From NCBI GenBank assembly GCA_028866655.1, contig JAGWHQ010000004.1:7674-71673 (forward strand): a DNA stretch of 64,000 nt, read 5' to 3'. The stretch is from Nitrososphaerota archaeon. GTDB lineage: Archaea > Thermoproteota > Nitrososphaeria > Nitrososphaerales > Nitrosopumilaceae. Both the position numbers and the translations under genes were made by a program. The notes under the pieces were generated by a model. The model was given only the letters and a program-made list of their open reading frames with translations. It was not told the origin of the DNA and did not search any database. Positions 48,522 to 58,077 of the stretch are shown here, in pieces. How positions within the stretch are numbered: the first letter of the stretch is position 1; every line of letters begins with the position of its first letter.

Positions 48522-50219
48522 TTACATATCCATGCCAGGCATACCCATACCGCCCATTCCGCCCATGCCTCCCATACCAGGCATTCCACCCATACCGCCC
48601 ATGCCTTCAGCTCCTGGCGGTGGTCCTGCAGATTTTGCAGTTGCAATAACATCATCGATTCTTAGTATCATAGATGCGGCTTCTGTTGCACATGTAATTA
48701 TTTGGATCTTGACAGAGAGTGGCTCAAAGATATCACTAGCGTGCATACTAGAAACTTGGGCTTTCATAACATCAATACCAGTCCATTTGTTTCCTTTGAG
48801 TTGCTTTGAGCGCAATGATGCCAATGTATCAATTGGATCCATTCCTGCATTCTCAGCAAGTGTAATTGGAATTACTTCTAAAGAGTCTGCAAATTTTTCT
48901 ACTGCAAGTTGTTCTCTACCTTCAAGTGTTTTTGCCCACTCACGTAGTTTTGTTGCAGCATAAGTTTCTGGTGCACCACCGCCTGCTACTATCAATGGTT
49001 TTTCCATTACATCTTTTACAACCATCAATGCGTCGTGGACTGATCTTTCTACTTCATCAACTACTCTTTGAGAACCGCCTCTTAGAAGAAGTGTAACTGC
49101 CTTTGGATGTTTGCAGCCTTCAATGAAGACCCATCTGTCAGTTTCTACTTTTCTTTCTTCTACTAGTTCAGCAGAACCGAGGTCTTTTTCAAACAAGTCA
49201 TCGAAATTACTGATAATTCTTGCGCCTGTTGCTTTTGCAAGTTTTGTCATATCACTTTCTTTTATTCTTCTTACTGTAAGTATTCCAGCTTTTGCAAGAT
49301 AGTGTTGTGCCATGTCATCAATTCCCTTTTGGCAGAGCAAAACATTTGCGCCAGAGGCAATTACTTTGTCTACCATATTTTTGATTATTTTTTGTTCTTC
49401 ATCTAGGAATGATTTCATTTGTTGTGGGTTTGTAATGTTTATCTTTGCATCAAACTCTGTCTTGTCAATTTCAAGTGCATTATTGACTAGAGCAATCTTT
49501 GCATTATCGATTTTCTTTGGCATTCCACTGTGAACAACTTCTTTGTCAAGTACTATTCCTTTGATAATTGCACAGTCTTTGATAGAACCTCCAGCTTTCT
49601 TTTCTACTTTGATATCATCAATGTCAACTAGATAACCGTCTTCTTTTCTCTCAGCTACTGCAATTACAGATTTTACAATCATGTCTGCTAGGTTCGCAGA
49701 ATCTCTTCTGACAAGTTTTGTCTGCATGGATGTTCTTGCAATTCTTTCAAGTACATCTTTGTCAGTTGCAGTAACTTTGTCTGCAATTTTTTCCAAGAGT
49801 TCTACTGCTTTTTGAGCAGCTTTTCTATAACCATCAACAATAATTGTTGGGTGTACGTCTTGCAAAATCAAAGCCTCTGCATGTTCCAATAATGCTCCTG
49901 CTAGAACTACGGCAGATGTTGTTCCATCGCCTACTTCATTATCAGTTGCCTTTGAGATTTCAACCAGCATTTTTGCAGCTGGGTGTTGAACATCAATTTC
50001 TTTTAGAATAGTAGCACCGTCGTTTGTAATTGTAACATCACCTAGTGAATCAACAAGCATTTTGTCCATTCCACGTGGACCAAGGCTAGAGTGAACGATT
50101 TCAGCAATTAGTTTGGCTGCTGCAATATTGTTTTTCTGTGCATCACGACCCTTGGTCTGTTGAGCACCGTCCTTTAGAATAACAACTGGTATTCCACCAG
50201 CAGAAGGTTGAATCGACAT
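48522..50219 (-). CDS. Thermosome (group II chaperonin) subunit
   Basis: [28 protein letters not shown]-repeat tail. Confidence 0.97.
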   Translation of the reverse strand: MSIQPSAGGIPVVILKDGAQQTKGRDAQKNNIAAAKLIAEIVHSSLGPRGMDKMLVDSLGDVTITNDGATILKEIDVQHPAAKMLVEISKATDNEVGDGTTSAVVLAGALLEHAEALILQDVHPTIIVDGYRKAAQKAVELLEKIADKVTATDKDVLERIARTSMQTKLVRRDSANLADMIVKSVIAVAERKEDGYLVDIDDIKVEKKAGGSIKDCAIIKGIVLDKEVVHSGMPKKIDNAKIALVNNALEIDKTEFDAKINITNPQQMKSFLDEEQKIIKNMVDKVIASGANVLLCQKGIDDMAQHYLAKAGILTVRRIKESDMTKLAKATGARIISNFDDLFEKDLGSAELVEERKVETDRWVFIEGCKHPKAVTLLLRGGSQRVVDEVERSVHDALMVVKDVMEKPLIVAGGGAPETYAATKLREWAKTLEGREQLAVEKFADSLEVIPITLAENAGMDPIDTLASLRSKQLKGNKWTGIDVMKAQVSSMHASDIFEPLSVKIQIITCATEAASMILRIDDVIATAKSAGPPPGAEGMGGMGGMPGMGGMGGMGGMGMPGMDM

Positions 50220-50344
50220 ATTTGCAAGAGGTCGATTTTCCCTTATTATGTCTTATGAGATCAGAATCATTTACACTTGAAATAGATAATTTTCAACACC
50301 CTTTGAACGATGTTTTTAAATTAGGAAAACTGTCGGAACTAAAC

Positions 50345-51667
50345 ATGTCTCGTTCTTCACCGCGATCAGCTTACAATGAAGTGCTTTCAAAGCTTAAGAT
50401 ACATAATCAATGGTTTGCAAATTCAATTCCTCTTATTGCAAGTGAGAATGTAACTAGCCCAGCAGTCCGAGAGGCAACAGTCTCAGATTTTGCCAATAGA
50501 TATGCAGAAGGCTGGCCAGGTGAACGGGTCTATGCCGGTTGCATCTACATCGATGAGGTAGAATTCAAGTGCATGGAACTTGCAAAAAAATTATTCAAGG
50601 CAGAGTTTGTAGATGTAAGACCAATTTCAGGTGTTGTTGCTAACCTAGCTATCTATTCCGCATTTTCAAATCCAGGTGATGTTATGCTTGCACCTTCTAT
50701 TCCATCTGGAGGCCACATATCACATGGTAAAAAAGAACATGCTGGTACTGCAGGTCTTGTCCATGGATTAGACATTGAATTTTATCCATTTGATGCTGAA
50801 GAGATGACAATTGATGTAGACAAGACAAAAGACAAAGTCAGAGAACTTGAAAAAGCCGGAAAGATTCCAAAATTAGCAATGTTTGGAGGTTCAGTCTTCT
50901 TGTTTCCACATCCAGTAAAGGAGCTTGCAGATTTTCTAAAAAGTTACAATATGTTTGTCAATTATGACGGTGCACATGTTGCAGGTCTCATTGCAGGTGG
51001 ACAGTTCCAGGATCCATTAAGAGAGGGTGCAGATGCAATGACAATGAGTACACACAAGACTTTGTTTGGTCCTCAGGGTGGAATGATCTGTTCATTTGAA
51101 AAATATGGTGAGAGCATCAAAAAGGCTACATTCCCAGGAATGACTAGCAATCATCATTTGCATCACATGGCAGGAAAGGCAATTGCTTATGCAGAGATGT
51201 TAGAATTTGGTAAAAAATATGCAGCTCAAGTCATAAAGAATGCAAAGGCACTTGCAGAGTCGCTTAACTCATTTGGTTTTTCAGTGCTTGGTGAAAAACG
51301 AGGATTTACAAAATCTCATCAGATAGTTGTAAATGTACTCTCATTTGGTGATGGTGGAACAATTGAGGCAGATCTTGAAAAGGCAAACATTATCGTAAAC
51401 AGACAACTCATACCAGGAGATATCAAGGCTGGACGTAATTATTTCCATCCAGGTGGAATGAGACTTGGTGTTGCAGAACTTACACGACTTGGCATGAAAG
51501 AATCAGACATGAAAGAAGTGGCCAAGTTTATCAAAAAAGTGGTAATAGATAAAAAAGACAAGAAAAAGGTGGCATCAGATGTCAAGAAATTTAGAAAAGA
51601 GTTTCAGAAAGTTCGCTATTGTTTTGAAAGCAAGCATGGCGGTTATGATTACATAAAGATCCGCTAG
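50345..51667 (+). CDS. glyA: Serine hydroxymethyltransferase
   Basis: LIASEN, RYAEG, GGHISHG, YDGAH, STHKT PLP lysine; start probably ATG 50345. Confidence 0.95.
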   Translation: MSRSSPRSAYNEVLSKLKIHNQWFANSIPLIASENVTSPAVREATVSDFANRYAEGWPGERVYAGCIYIDEVEFKCMELAKKLFKAEFVDVRPISGVVANLAIYSAFSNPGDVMLAPSIPSGGHISHGKKEHAGTAGLVHGLDIEFYPFDAEEMTIDVDKTKDKVRELEKAGKIPKLAMFGGSVFLFPHPVKELADFLKSYNMFVNYDGAHVAGLIAGGQFQDPLREGADAMTMSTHKTLFGPQGGMICSFEKYGESIKKATFPGMTSNHHLHHMAGKAIAYAEMLEFGKKYAAQVIKNAKALAESLNSFGFSVLGEKRGFTKSHQIVVNVLSFGDGGTIEADLEKANIIVNRQLIPGDIKAGRNYFHPGGMRLGVAELTRLGMKESDMKEVAKFIKKVVIDKKDKKKVASDVKKFRKEFQKVRYCFESKHGGYDYIKIR

Positions 51668-54600
51668 GCAAAGTCTGTAAGAATAGATTGACTGCTTTCT
51701 TCTTTACCAAAGACTAGCTCTAGTTCATCCAAGAGAGAAAGTACACGTCCTCGAAGATAGGGCGATATTGTATACTTGTTCAACATTCTTCTTGCCAGTT
51801 TGAGATATTTTTGTACAGATGGCCTAGTCATGGTTTGAATCAACCTATTTCCACAGTCAAGACATTTGCCAACAAGAGGAACTCTCCTATAGCTTGCACC
51901 ACATGTAGTACATCGGAAGGATTGGCCAGAATATGACCTGAGATTTCCCATGATATCAGGCAGCAGGTGAGTGGTCATCACCATTGAAACTACTTCACTT
52001 GGGTCAACCGCGTTTATGATGTCTGCAGTTCGTATCTGCATGTCAAGCTTCTCAAGCAATGAACCAAGTGTAGAGTAGGCACTCCTTGACTTTGATGTAG
52101 TCAGTGTAGATGTCATGTGTGTAAAATCATGTCCAAGAAATTGTCTTTCTGTTTCTAGTCTTGATTTTAAAATCTCGACATCTTTGATCTCACTTGCCTT
52201 TTCTCTTGCAAGTGTAGCTTCAAAAAATGAAAGTGGATACGCCTTGACAACTTCAAAGTTGTGAGCTTGTCTTTGTACCTCTTGTGGAATCACAATAGGT
52301 TGAACAAGTAATGGTGCATCCATCAGACCACCTATTCTATCAGACAAAAATAATCTTGAGAAATTAAGCAGACTGTCCATTAGTAACATGATAGAATCTG
52401 CATCACCATCGGCATCACGTCTTTTTGCAGAATGCCATACCGCAGTTCCAAGGCATACTTGGGTATTGGTGTATCCAATTATTCTGCCCACAATTCCAAC
52501 AGATGTATGCGGTGCAAGACCAATGATAAGATGGCCTACAAGATCATCAGTACTTTTCACATTGTAAAATGGCGTGCGTCCAAAAAGTTTTGCAAGCTCT
52601 CTGTCAATGTATTGACATACAAAAACAAGACTGTCTCCACACTCTTTGGGAATTATTACATCTTGGACTCTGAGCTCAACAAGCTGATTAGAATTTTGTA
52701 GTGGATCGCCGTTTGTGTCATGAGTATATCCAAGTTCAACTAGTTTTTCTGGGGTTACTCCAATCCAAGATGGCTTGAAGTGTGAGAGTGGTGCATTAGT
52801 GGTATCAAATCTTATTGTGCCATCCTTGAAGACATTTAGTCCTAGACTCTGCCTTATCAGGCCTTTTTCAAGTGGTTCTGGAACCCTATCCTGGTTTATG
52901 AGCTCTTTTACACCCTTGAATGGCTCTTGGGCCCTAAATCCAGTCCTTTCCTGAGCAGCATACAAGAGATCTTTGAGTGGAAATGAGCGATATGAGTGTC
53001 CTTGTGCCCTAGACTTGCATTTTGGGCAATAATCTGTCTCAATCTCATCTCTGCATTTTTTGCATATGAAAATTGTACTTGTTTTTGTATTACACTTGGG
53101 ACATGCTATGCTAATAGAAGGAGTGTTACATTTTTTGCAGAATCTGTTGTATATGTTACAGTAAAAGTTTGGCTGTTTTGCTGCCTTGAGCAAATCACGG
53201 GATGCTCCACCCTTGTTTCCCACTGGAAATAAAGTATGTACTGGAGGCTTCATTTTTCGTAATGCAGCTTTTTCTGGTCTTCCGACTCGCACTCCAATAG
53301 AGGTTGAAAATTTATTTGGTATTTTTATGCCAGATGATTTTGTTATGATTTGTGGAACAGAAAGATCGTTTTCAAGTTGGATTTGTTTTCTAAATAACAA
53401 ATAGAAAAAGACCTTGGCCTCTATGTCTTTTAGAAGAAGAGAGTCTCCTGCAACTTCATGTGGAACACCCAATTTTTCTAAAATATCTTTTGCATCCATT
53501 GGATAAATAATGAGATCTGAATCAAATTTAGTAGGTTTGAGAATTTTTTCAAATTCTTCAATTGTGATTTGATCCCAATAGTACAGATAATGTGGATGAA
53601 GGCCAATACCAAAATTCAATGATATTCTAAAGGCTTCTTCTAGATCTGGTGTCTTGGATACATAACTGAGAAGTTCAGTGTCATTTGGTTCGTACTTGGT
53701 TACTTTGTCTAGTAGTTCCTGAGTCCAGAACTCTTCTACATATCCAGTCGGTATAAGTTCGGCATTATTTTCTAAAAAATCTCCATAACTTATCAAAATG
53801 TCGCCAAGATGCAAAATCTTTGCAATCTGTGGTTTCAGGGAAATCCCATGTGCAGTGTTCTTTATTTTTACAACATTTCCATTTGTTAATCTAACAATAG
53901 GAGTATCAATCGAGTCCACAAAGGCTACAGTTGAGGCTTTTCCAGGCACATCGAGCTTGATCTGAGTGCCTACGGCTATGGCATGGTCAAGTATCTCTGC
54001 AACTACGGGATGAATGCCAATTGAGGCAAATCCAGTATTGCAGGCACGACCATATCGTAGTCTAAACCCCCCAAGCTTCTTAGGCATGGAAAGCACTGAT
54101 CTGCCTGTAATCACCTCTCTCATTCTATGTGCGGCGGCATCAGCATCACCTGTTTGAATGGCCCCTTTGAGGTCTTTGAGCCAGTCCCAGCCATCAAGCT
54201 TGTACAATTCAATGAGTTTGAGTAGTTTACGGGATCTTCCGATTAGACCGTCATTTAGGACACGAAGGGCACCACCACGAACCCTATTGGTACCAATTCG
54301 CACCATGTTCCTGTGGCTTACAATCTCAACTAGGTCAGTATCTACACCATCAAGTTCCACTGGAAGGTTAGAGATGACATTAATCACATCTTGGTCAGGA
54401 ACATGGAACTGAAAGCTTCCAACCTCTCTTTCGTATACCCTCAACTCTTCTACAAATCGGCCAGTCTCATCATCAAATGAGTTTGCTTGATATTTTGCAA
54501 GTCCAGCTATCTTTCGTACATGATCTGCAATGAGCATGGTAGAGGCCGCTTCTGTTCCTCCTGCTGACCTAATAGGACCTGCAAATGATACAGACAGGTA

Positions 54601-55038
54601 TTCAGTACCATCTGCATTTTTCTTGATTAGAACCTCACTGATGCCTTGAAGGGGGGCAATAGTGACTCCTTCTGTAACTATAGCCAAAGCCACACGTACT
54701 GCAAGATCAAGTTTTTCCTGAAGACCTATGTCAGGTCCAGAGTACTTGCCTTGTGCTATATCTTCTGCAAGCCTTAGAGCAGCTAATTCTTTTGTGGTAT
54801 TTTGAATGAGAGATCGAAGATTATCAGTTACGTCAATGTCGTGCATTTTAGATACACGATCTGCAAGATCAAAAGCGATCTTGGGTTCTACCATCCCAGA
54901 AGAGTCTGCAAGTGTTGCCTTGGCAGATGCGGCTTGTTCAAAAATAGTAAAGACTTCTTCTGATATCTTGGTGTAATATGCAAAATAGTCTTGAGGCATT
55001 GGGACCTCTTTGAGTCTCAATGCTAGGTTTTCAGACAT
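51664..55038 (-). CDS. polC: DNA polymerase D large subunit DP2 (no intein seen)
   Basis: GPIRSAGGT, GGFRLRYGR, RFDTTNAP, KRRDADGDADS, C-terminal Zn fingers. Confidence 0.96.
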   Translation of the reverse strand: MSENLALRLKEVPMPQDYFAYYTKISEEVFTIFEQAASAKATLADSSGMVEPKIAFDLADRVSKMHDIDVTDNLRSLIQNTTKELAALRLAEDIAQGKYSGPDIGLQEKLDLAVRVALAIVTEGVTIAPLQGISEVLIKKNADGTEYLSVSFAGPIRSAGGTEAASTMLIADHVRKIAGLAKYQANSFDDETGRFVEELRVYEREVGSFQFHVPDQDVINVISNLPVELDGVDTDLVEIVSHRNMVRIGTNRVRGGALRVLNDGLIGRSRKLLKLIELYKLDGWDWLKDLKGAIQTGDADAAAHRMREVITGRSVLSMPKKLGGFRLRYGRACNTGFASIGIHPVVAEILDHAIAVGTQIKLDVPGKASTVAFVDSIDTPIVRLTNGNVVKIKNTAHGISLKPQIAKILHLGDILISYGDFLENNAELIPTGYVEEFWTQELLDKVTKYEPNDTELLSYVSKTPDLEEAFRISLNFGIGLHPHYLYYWDQITIEEFEKILKPTKFDSDLIIYPMDAKDILEKLGVPHEVAGDSLLLKDIEAKVFFYLLFRKQIQLENDLSVPQIITKSSGIKIPNKFSTSIGVRVGRPEKAALRKMKPPVHTLFPVGNKGGASRDLLKAAKQPNFYCNIYNRFCKKCNTPSISIACPKCNTKTSTIFICKKCRDEIETDYCPKCKSRAQGHSYRSFPLKDLLYAAQERTGFRAQEPFKGVKELINQDRVPEPLEKGLIRQSLGLNVFKDGTIRFDTTNAPLSHFKPSWIGVTPEKLVELGYTHDTNGDPLQNSNQLVELRVQDVIIPKECGDSLVFVCQYIDRELAKLFGRTPFYNVKSTDDLVGHLIIGLAPHTSVGIVGRIIGYTNTQVCLGTAVWHSAKRRDADGDADSIMLLMDSLLNFSRLFLSDRIGGLMDAPLLVQPIVIPQEVQRQAHNFEVVKAYPLSFFEATLAREKASEIKDVEILKSRLETERQFLGHDFTHMTSTLTTSKSRSAYSTLGSLLEKLDMQIRTADIINAVDPSEVVSMVMTTHLLPDIMGNLRSYSGQSFRCTTCGASYRRVPLVGKCLDCGNRLIQTMTRPSVQKYLKLARRMLNKYTISPYLRGRVLSLLDELELVFGKEESSQSILTDFA

Positions 55039-55039
55039 G

Positions 55040-55789
55040 TTATTTCCTTATAGATTGGATGGCTTTTACGATATCGGAAATTGTTTTGAAACTTCCGCCT
55101 TTCTCAATGAAAGTCCCAATTACGATGGCATCTGCACCGGCTTTTGCTATATCCTCAGCAGTTTCTGGGCTTCGAATGCCTCCACCGACTATAAGAAATC
55201 CTTTGAAAAGTTTCCTTACTGCAGCAACCATCTCAGGTTTCACGTTAGATTTAGCTCCAGAACCTGCTTCCAAGTACACAAATCGCATTCCCATGAATTG
55301 AGCAGACAAAGCATACATGACTGCCAAGCCCGGCTTGTCAAAGGGAATTGTTCTCACCGAACCTACATGCCAGACAGTTGTTCCCTCACCAATAATGATA
55401 TAGGCTGTAGGAAGGGGTTCAAGACCAAATCTTAGGACGCTTGGTGCTCCTAGGGCTTGTGCCTGTGAGATAAAGTATGGATTATCCGAGTTCAAAAGTG
55501 AGCTGAATAGTATTGCATCAGCGCCAGGAACCACGCCTGTAACATTTCCAGGAAAGAGAATTACAGGTATCTTGACTGCTTTTTTGATGCTAGATACAGT
55601 CTCAGTCATAGTAAGTTGATCAACGGCCGATGAGCCGCCAACCAAAATTGCAGAGGCGCCATTTTTTTCCGCTTCTTTTGCTAATGTTGAAGCAGAGCGT
55701 CCTGCAGAATTTTCAGAATCTATTAACACAAAGAGAAGTGTTCCCTTTTTCTTTTTTGTAGCGTGAAGATAATTCTCTGTCTCTTGCAT
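55040..55789 (-). CDS. Geranylgeranylglyceryl phosphate synthase (PcrB family)
   Basis: ILVGGS, LFPGN, YLEAGSG, VGGGIR, IVIGT. Confidence 0.93.
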   Translation of the reverse strand: MQETENYLHATKKKKGTLLFVLIDSENSAGRSASTLAKEAEKNGASAILVGGSSAVDQLTMTETVSSIKKAVKIPVILFPGNVTGVVPGADAILFSSLLNSDNPYFISQAQALGAPSVLRFGLEPLPTAYIIIGEGTTVWHVGSVRTIPFDKPGLAVMYALSAQFMGMRFVYLEAGSGAKSNVKPEMVAAVRKLFKGFLIVGGGIRSPETAEDIAKAGADAIVIGTFIEKGGSFKTISDIVKAIQSIRK

Positions 55790-55824
55790 ATGGATGGTTG
55801 AATACCTATTGATTAAAAGTTTAA

Positions 55825-56217
55825 TTGAATATAGTTATACAGATTTGTATAGCTATGAGCAATCCCCCTGATGATAATTTTAGTAATATTATAAGACAAA
55901 TTATAAAAAAATCATCATTTACTGAAAGACAAATTGCAATTATTTTAAAACGTAAGAACCTTGTAGACTCGCAGTTTACTATCAGTAAAGGGGCATTTTA
56001 TCGACAAGTAACCCAGTCTAAAGACAAGTTGACTGCACTATGCTATTCATGGATCCTGCTCAGGAGCCTAGGCGTGCTTAGTAGTGATGATATTGATGTG
56101 ATAAATCGCCTTTCTGAGCAGGTTTCTGTGATACAAAGTAGTGATGTTTTTCCAGAACGTGAGGAACAAATCATGTCTGTGATACAGGAAGTACTAAAAC
56201 GGACCTGTAACCTATAA
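55825..56217 (+). CDS. Hypothetical protein with predicted HTH
   Basis: FTERQIAII...ISKGAFYRQVTQSKDKL resembles a sigma-region-4/LuxR-type HTH; alternative ATG at MSNPP. Confidence 0.65.
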   Translation: MNIVIQICIAMSNPPDDNFSNIIRQIIKKSSFTERQIAIILKRKNLVDSQFTISKGAFYRQVTQSKDKLTALCYSWILLRSLGVLSSDDIDVINRLSEQVSVIQSSDVFPEREEQIMSVIQEVLKRTCNL

Positions 56218-56260
56218 TTTGGCTTCAAAAATAGGCACGTTTTGGCAAATGGTTGTGATA

Positions 56261-56335
56261 AGATGTGATTAGATGTGTTTGATATTGATGTGTAAGATGT
56301 GAAATAATTTTACTCAAACATGATAAATCACATCA
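56261..56335. repeat. Array of (A/T)GATGTG heptamers
   Basis: Direct copies at 56261, 56271, 56286, 56295; inverted copy CACATCA at 56329-56335. Confidence 0.6.
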
Positions 56336-56349
56336 CTTGACGTTACATC

Positions 56350-56910
56350 GTGATGTTAGTAGACATACCAGACGTAGGAGTCATTTTAAGCGTATTTGCA
56401 TCATTTATTGGCGGACTAGTAGCTATTACAGTGTACAACAAAGTAAGGCCACGACTAAAATCAGATGCCGAAAATGCAAAAATTCTAACAGAACGCTTAC
56501 AGTATTATGAAAATTTGTTAATTGATATGAAAATTCGTTTAGATTCAGTAGAAATGGCACAAGAAACCCAGGAAATTCCTCAAGCACAAATTCCAAGGCC
56601 AAAGGAGCAAAAAGTACAGCAAGAACCTCCAGTAATTGTCAAAGAGGAGAAGCCAAAGGAGAAAATCCAGAATGTGCAGTTTGGAAATGTCACGGATCAT
56701 GTTCTACGTTTAATCACAGAGAAGTCAATGACATCACGTGACATACAAGTCACATTAGGAAGAACTAGAGAACACACATCACGTATGTTAAAGAAGTTGT
56801 TTGAGGAGGGTTTGGTCGAAAGAGACATGACAACAAAGCCATTTTCCTATAAAATAACTGACAAGGGTCTTACAAGGATAGGGGTTATCAAGATGGCTCC
56901 AGCCCAATAA
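56350..56910 (+). CDS. Membrane-anchored wHTH (MarR-like) protein
   Basis: N-terminal TM, coiled coil, C-terminal wHTH MTSRDIQVTLGRTREHTSRMLKKLFEEGLVER...YKITDKG. Confidence 0.8.
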   Translation: MMLVDIPDVGVILSVFASFIGGLVAITVYNKVRPRLKSDAENAKILTERLQYYENLLIDMKIRLDSVEMAQETQEIPQAQIPRPKEQKVQQEPPVIVKEEKPKEKIQNVQFGNVTDHVLRLITEKSMTSRDIQVTLGRTREHTSRMLKKLFEEGLVERDMTTKPFSYKITDKGLTRIGVIKMAPAQ

Positions 56911-57084
56911 CTTTTAGGATATCAATAGTTTTCAGATCAAGAAATTAGGACCAACCCCGGTTATTTTTTAATTAATTTAATCTCCAGTCTATTCAATTTT
57001 CTATCAGGTCATCAAAAATCATTATATTTTAATAATCTTAATTAATTGTAAATTCTTAAATTATTGTTCTTATAATGTAATAAC

Positions 57085-57237
57085 ATGTCTAATGAGCAAT
57101 TAATCAAAATTACCACTGCAGGAACAATCTCAATCCCTAAAGACTTTAGAAAATTCTTGGAACTTCAGAAAGGAGACTATGTCAAGATCACAATAGATGG
57201 GGATCACCTAGTGGTCAAAAAGGTAGTAATCTCCTAA
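57085..57237 (+). CDS. AbrB/MazE/SpoVT-family DNA-binding protein, 50 aa (missed by ORF track)
   Basis: MSNEQLIKITTAGTISIPKDFRKFLELQKGDYVKITIDGDHLVVKKVVIS. Confidence 0.85.
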   Translation: MSNEQLIKITTAGTISIPKDFRKFLELQKGDYVKITIDGDHLVVKKVVIS

Positions 57238-57632
57238 GGCCCATTCTTTTCTCTCTGGGCTATCTTTAGTATCTGGTAGGCCCATTCTTTTCCTTGTTTT
57301 TCCCTTGCTACTCTACCCTTTACTGCAAATCTGGATAGATATGTAGAGATCACGCTCAGCTTGATGGGTTCATCATACTCATCTTCGTATTTTTCCAATA
57401 TCATTGAGGAGGTAAATTTGCCTATGGGGAAGTTCTTGTCTATTATATTCCATATCTTGGCTCCTATGGAATCCAATTGGGCTCCTCCCCCCTCTGGTTC
57501 TTCTATATTCATAAGGTTCATCAATTCAAATATCTTTAGCATCTTTTCACGAGTAACATTTCCCTCTAGGCTAAAGTTGTACTTGGCTCCATCCGAGTCT
57601 TCCAAGTCTATTCTGATTCTTTTTCGGGCCAT
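57234..57632 (-). CDS. Origin-adjacent hypothetical protein with C-terminal wHTH
   Basis: FTSSMILEKYEDEYDEPIKLSVISTYLSRFAVKGRVAREKQGKEWAYQI wHTH pattern. Confidence 0.7.
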   Translation of the reverse strand: MARKRIRIDLEDSDGAKYNFSLEGNVTREKMLKIFELMNLMNIEEPEGGGAQLDSIGAKIWNIIDKNFPIGKFTSSMILEKYEDEYDEPIKLSVISTYLSRFAVKGRVAREKQGKEWAYQILKIAQREKNGP

Positions 57633-57645
57633 TGGGATCGATCTG

Positions 57646-57926
57646 GTTAACTGTTAACACTTGAACAGATCATAGAAGATTTGTTAACTAGTGGGTTTGT
57701 TAACATTCACTGCCTAGCCCACGCCTAGCCATTTTTGATATCTTAACAGACCTTATGAGGCTTATATTCAAACAAGCCCATATTTCATGCCTAGAGTGGA
57801 AACAATGGGGTATTCTTTAGGATGTTAACAATGTTAAGAGCCATCTTCACGCCTGGACTGGAAATAAAGGGGTCATTTTGGGCTTTTCAGGACCTTATGT
57901 TAACAGAAAGTTCACTAATTGTTAAT
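57646..57926. repeat. Cluster of GTTAAC palindromes in the origin region
   Basis: Exact copies at 57646, 57653, 57683, 57699, 57824, 57899; near-matches at 57742, 57833, 57921. Confidence 0.7.
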
Positions 57927-58070
57927 ATCATTTCAGGAAGACTCACACACCTATACTTCCACTCTAGCTTTATTTAAAAAATTTTTTTAATGAAAATAAA
58001 AATAAAAATAATTAATGATATACTAAATTTGGTTTAGTTATTCTATTCTAATCTAATTAATTGAGTAGAG
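57791..58070. other. Probable replication origin oriC: three ORB boxes plus AT-rich unwinding element
   Basis: CTAGAGTGGAAACAATGGGGT (57791-57811), CTGGACTGGAAATAAAGGGGT (57853-57873), inverted CTAGAGTGGAAGTATAGG (57967-57950); AT-rich 57969-58070; directly upstream of cdc6. Confidence 0.85.
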
Positions 58071-58077
58071 TCCTTAT

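Noticed and set aside
48496-48620. Tandem CCCAT(A/G)CC repeats
   Set aside because: They encode the well-known GGM tail of the thermosome.
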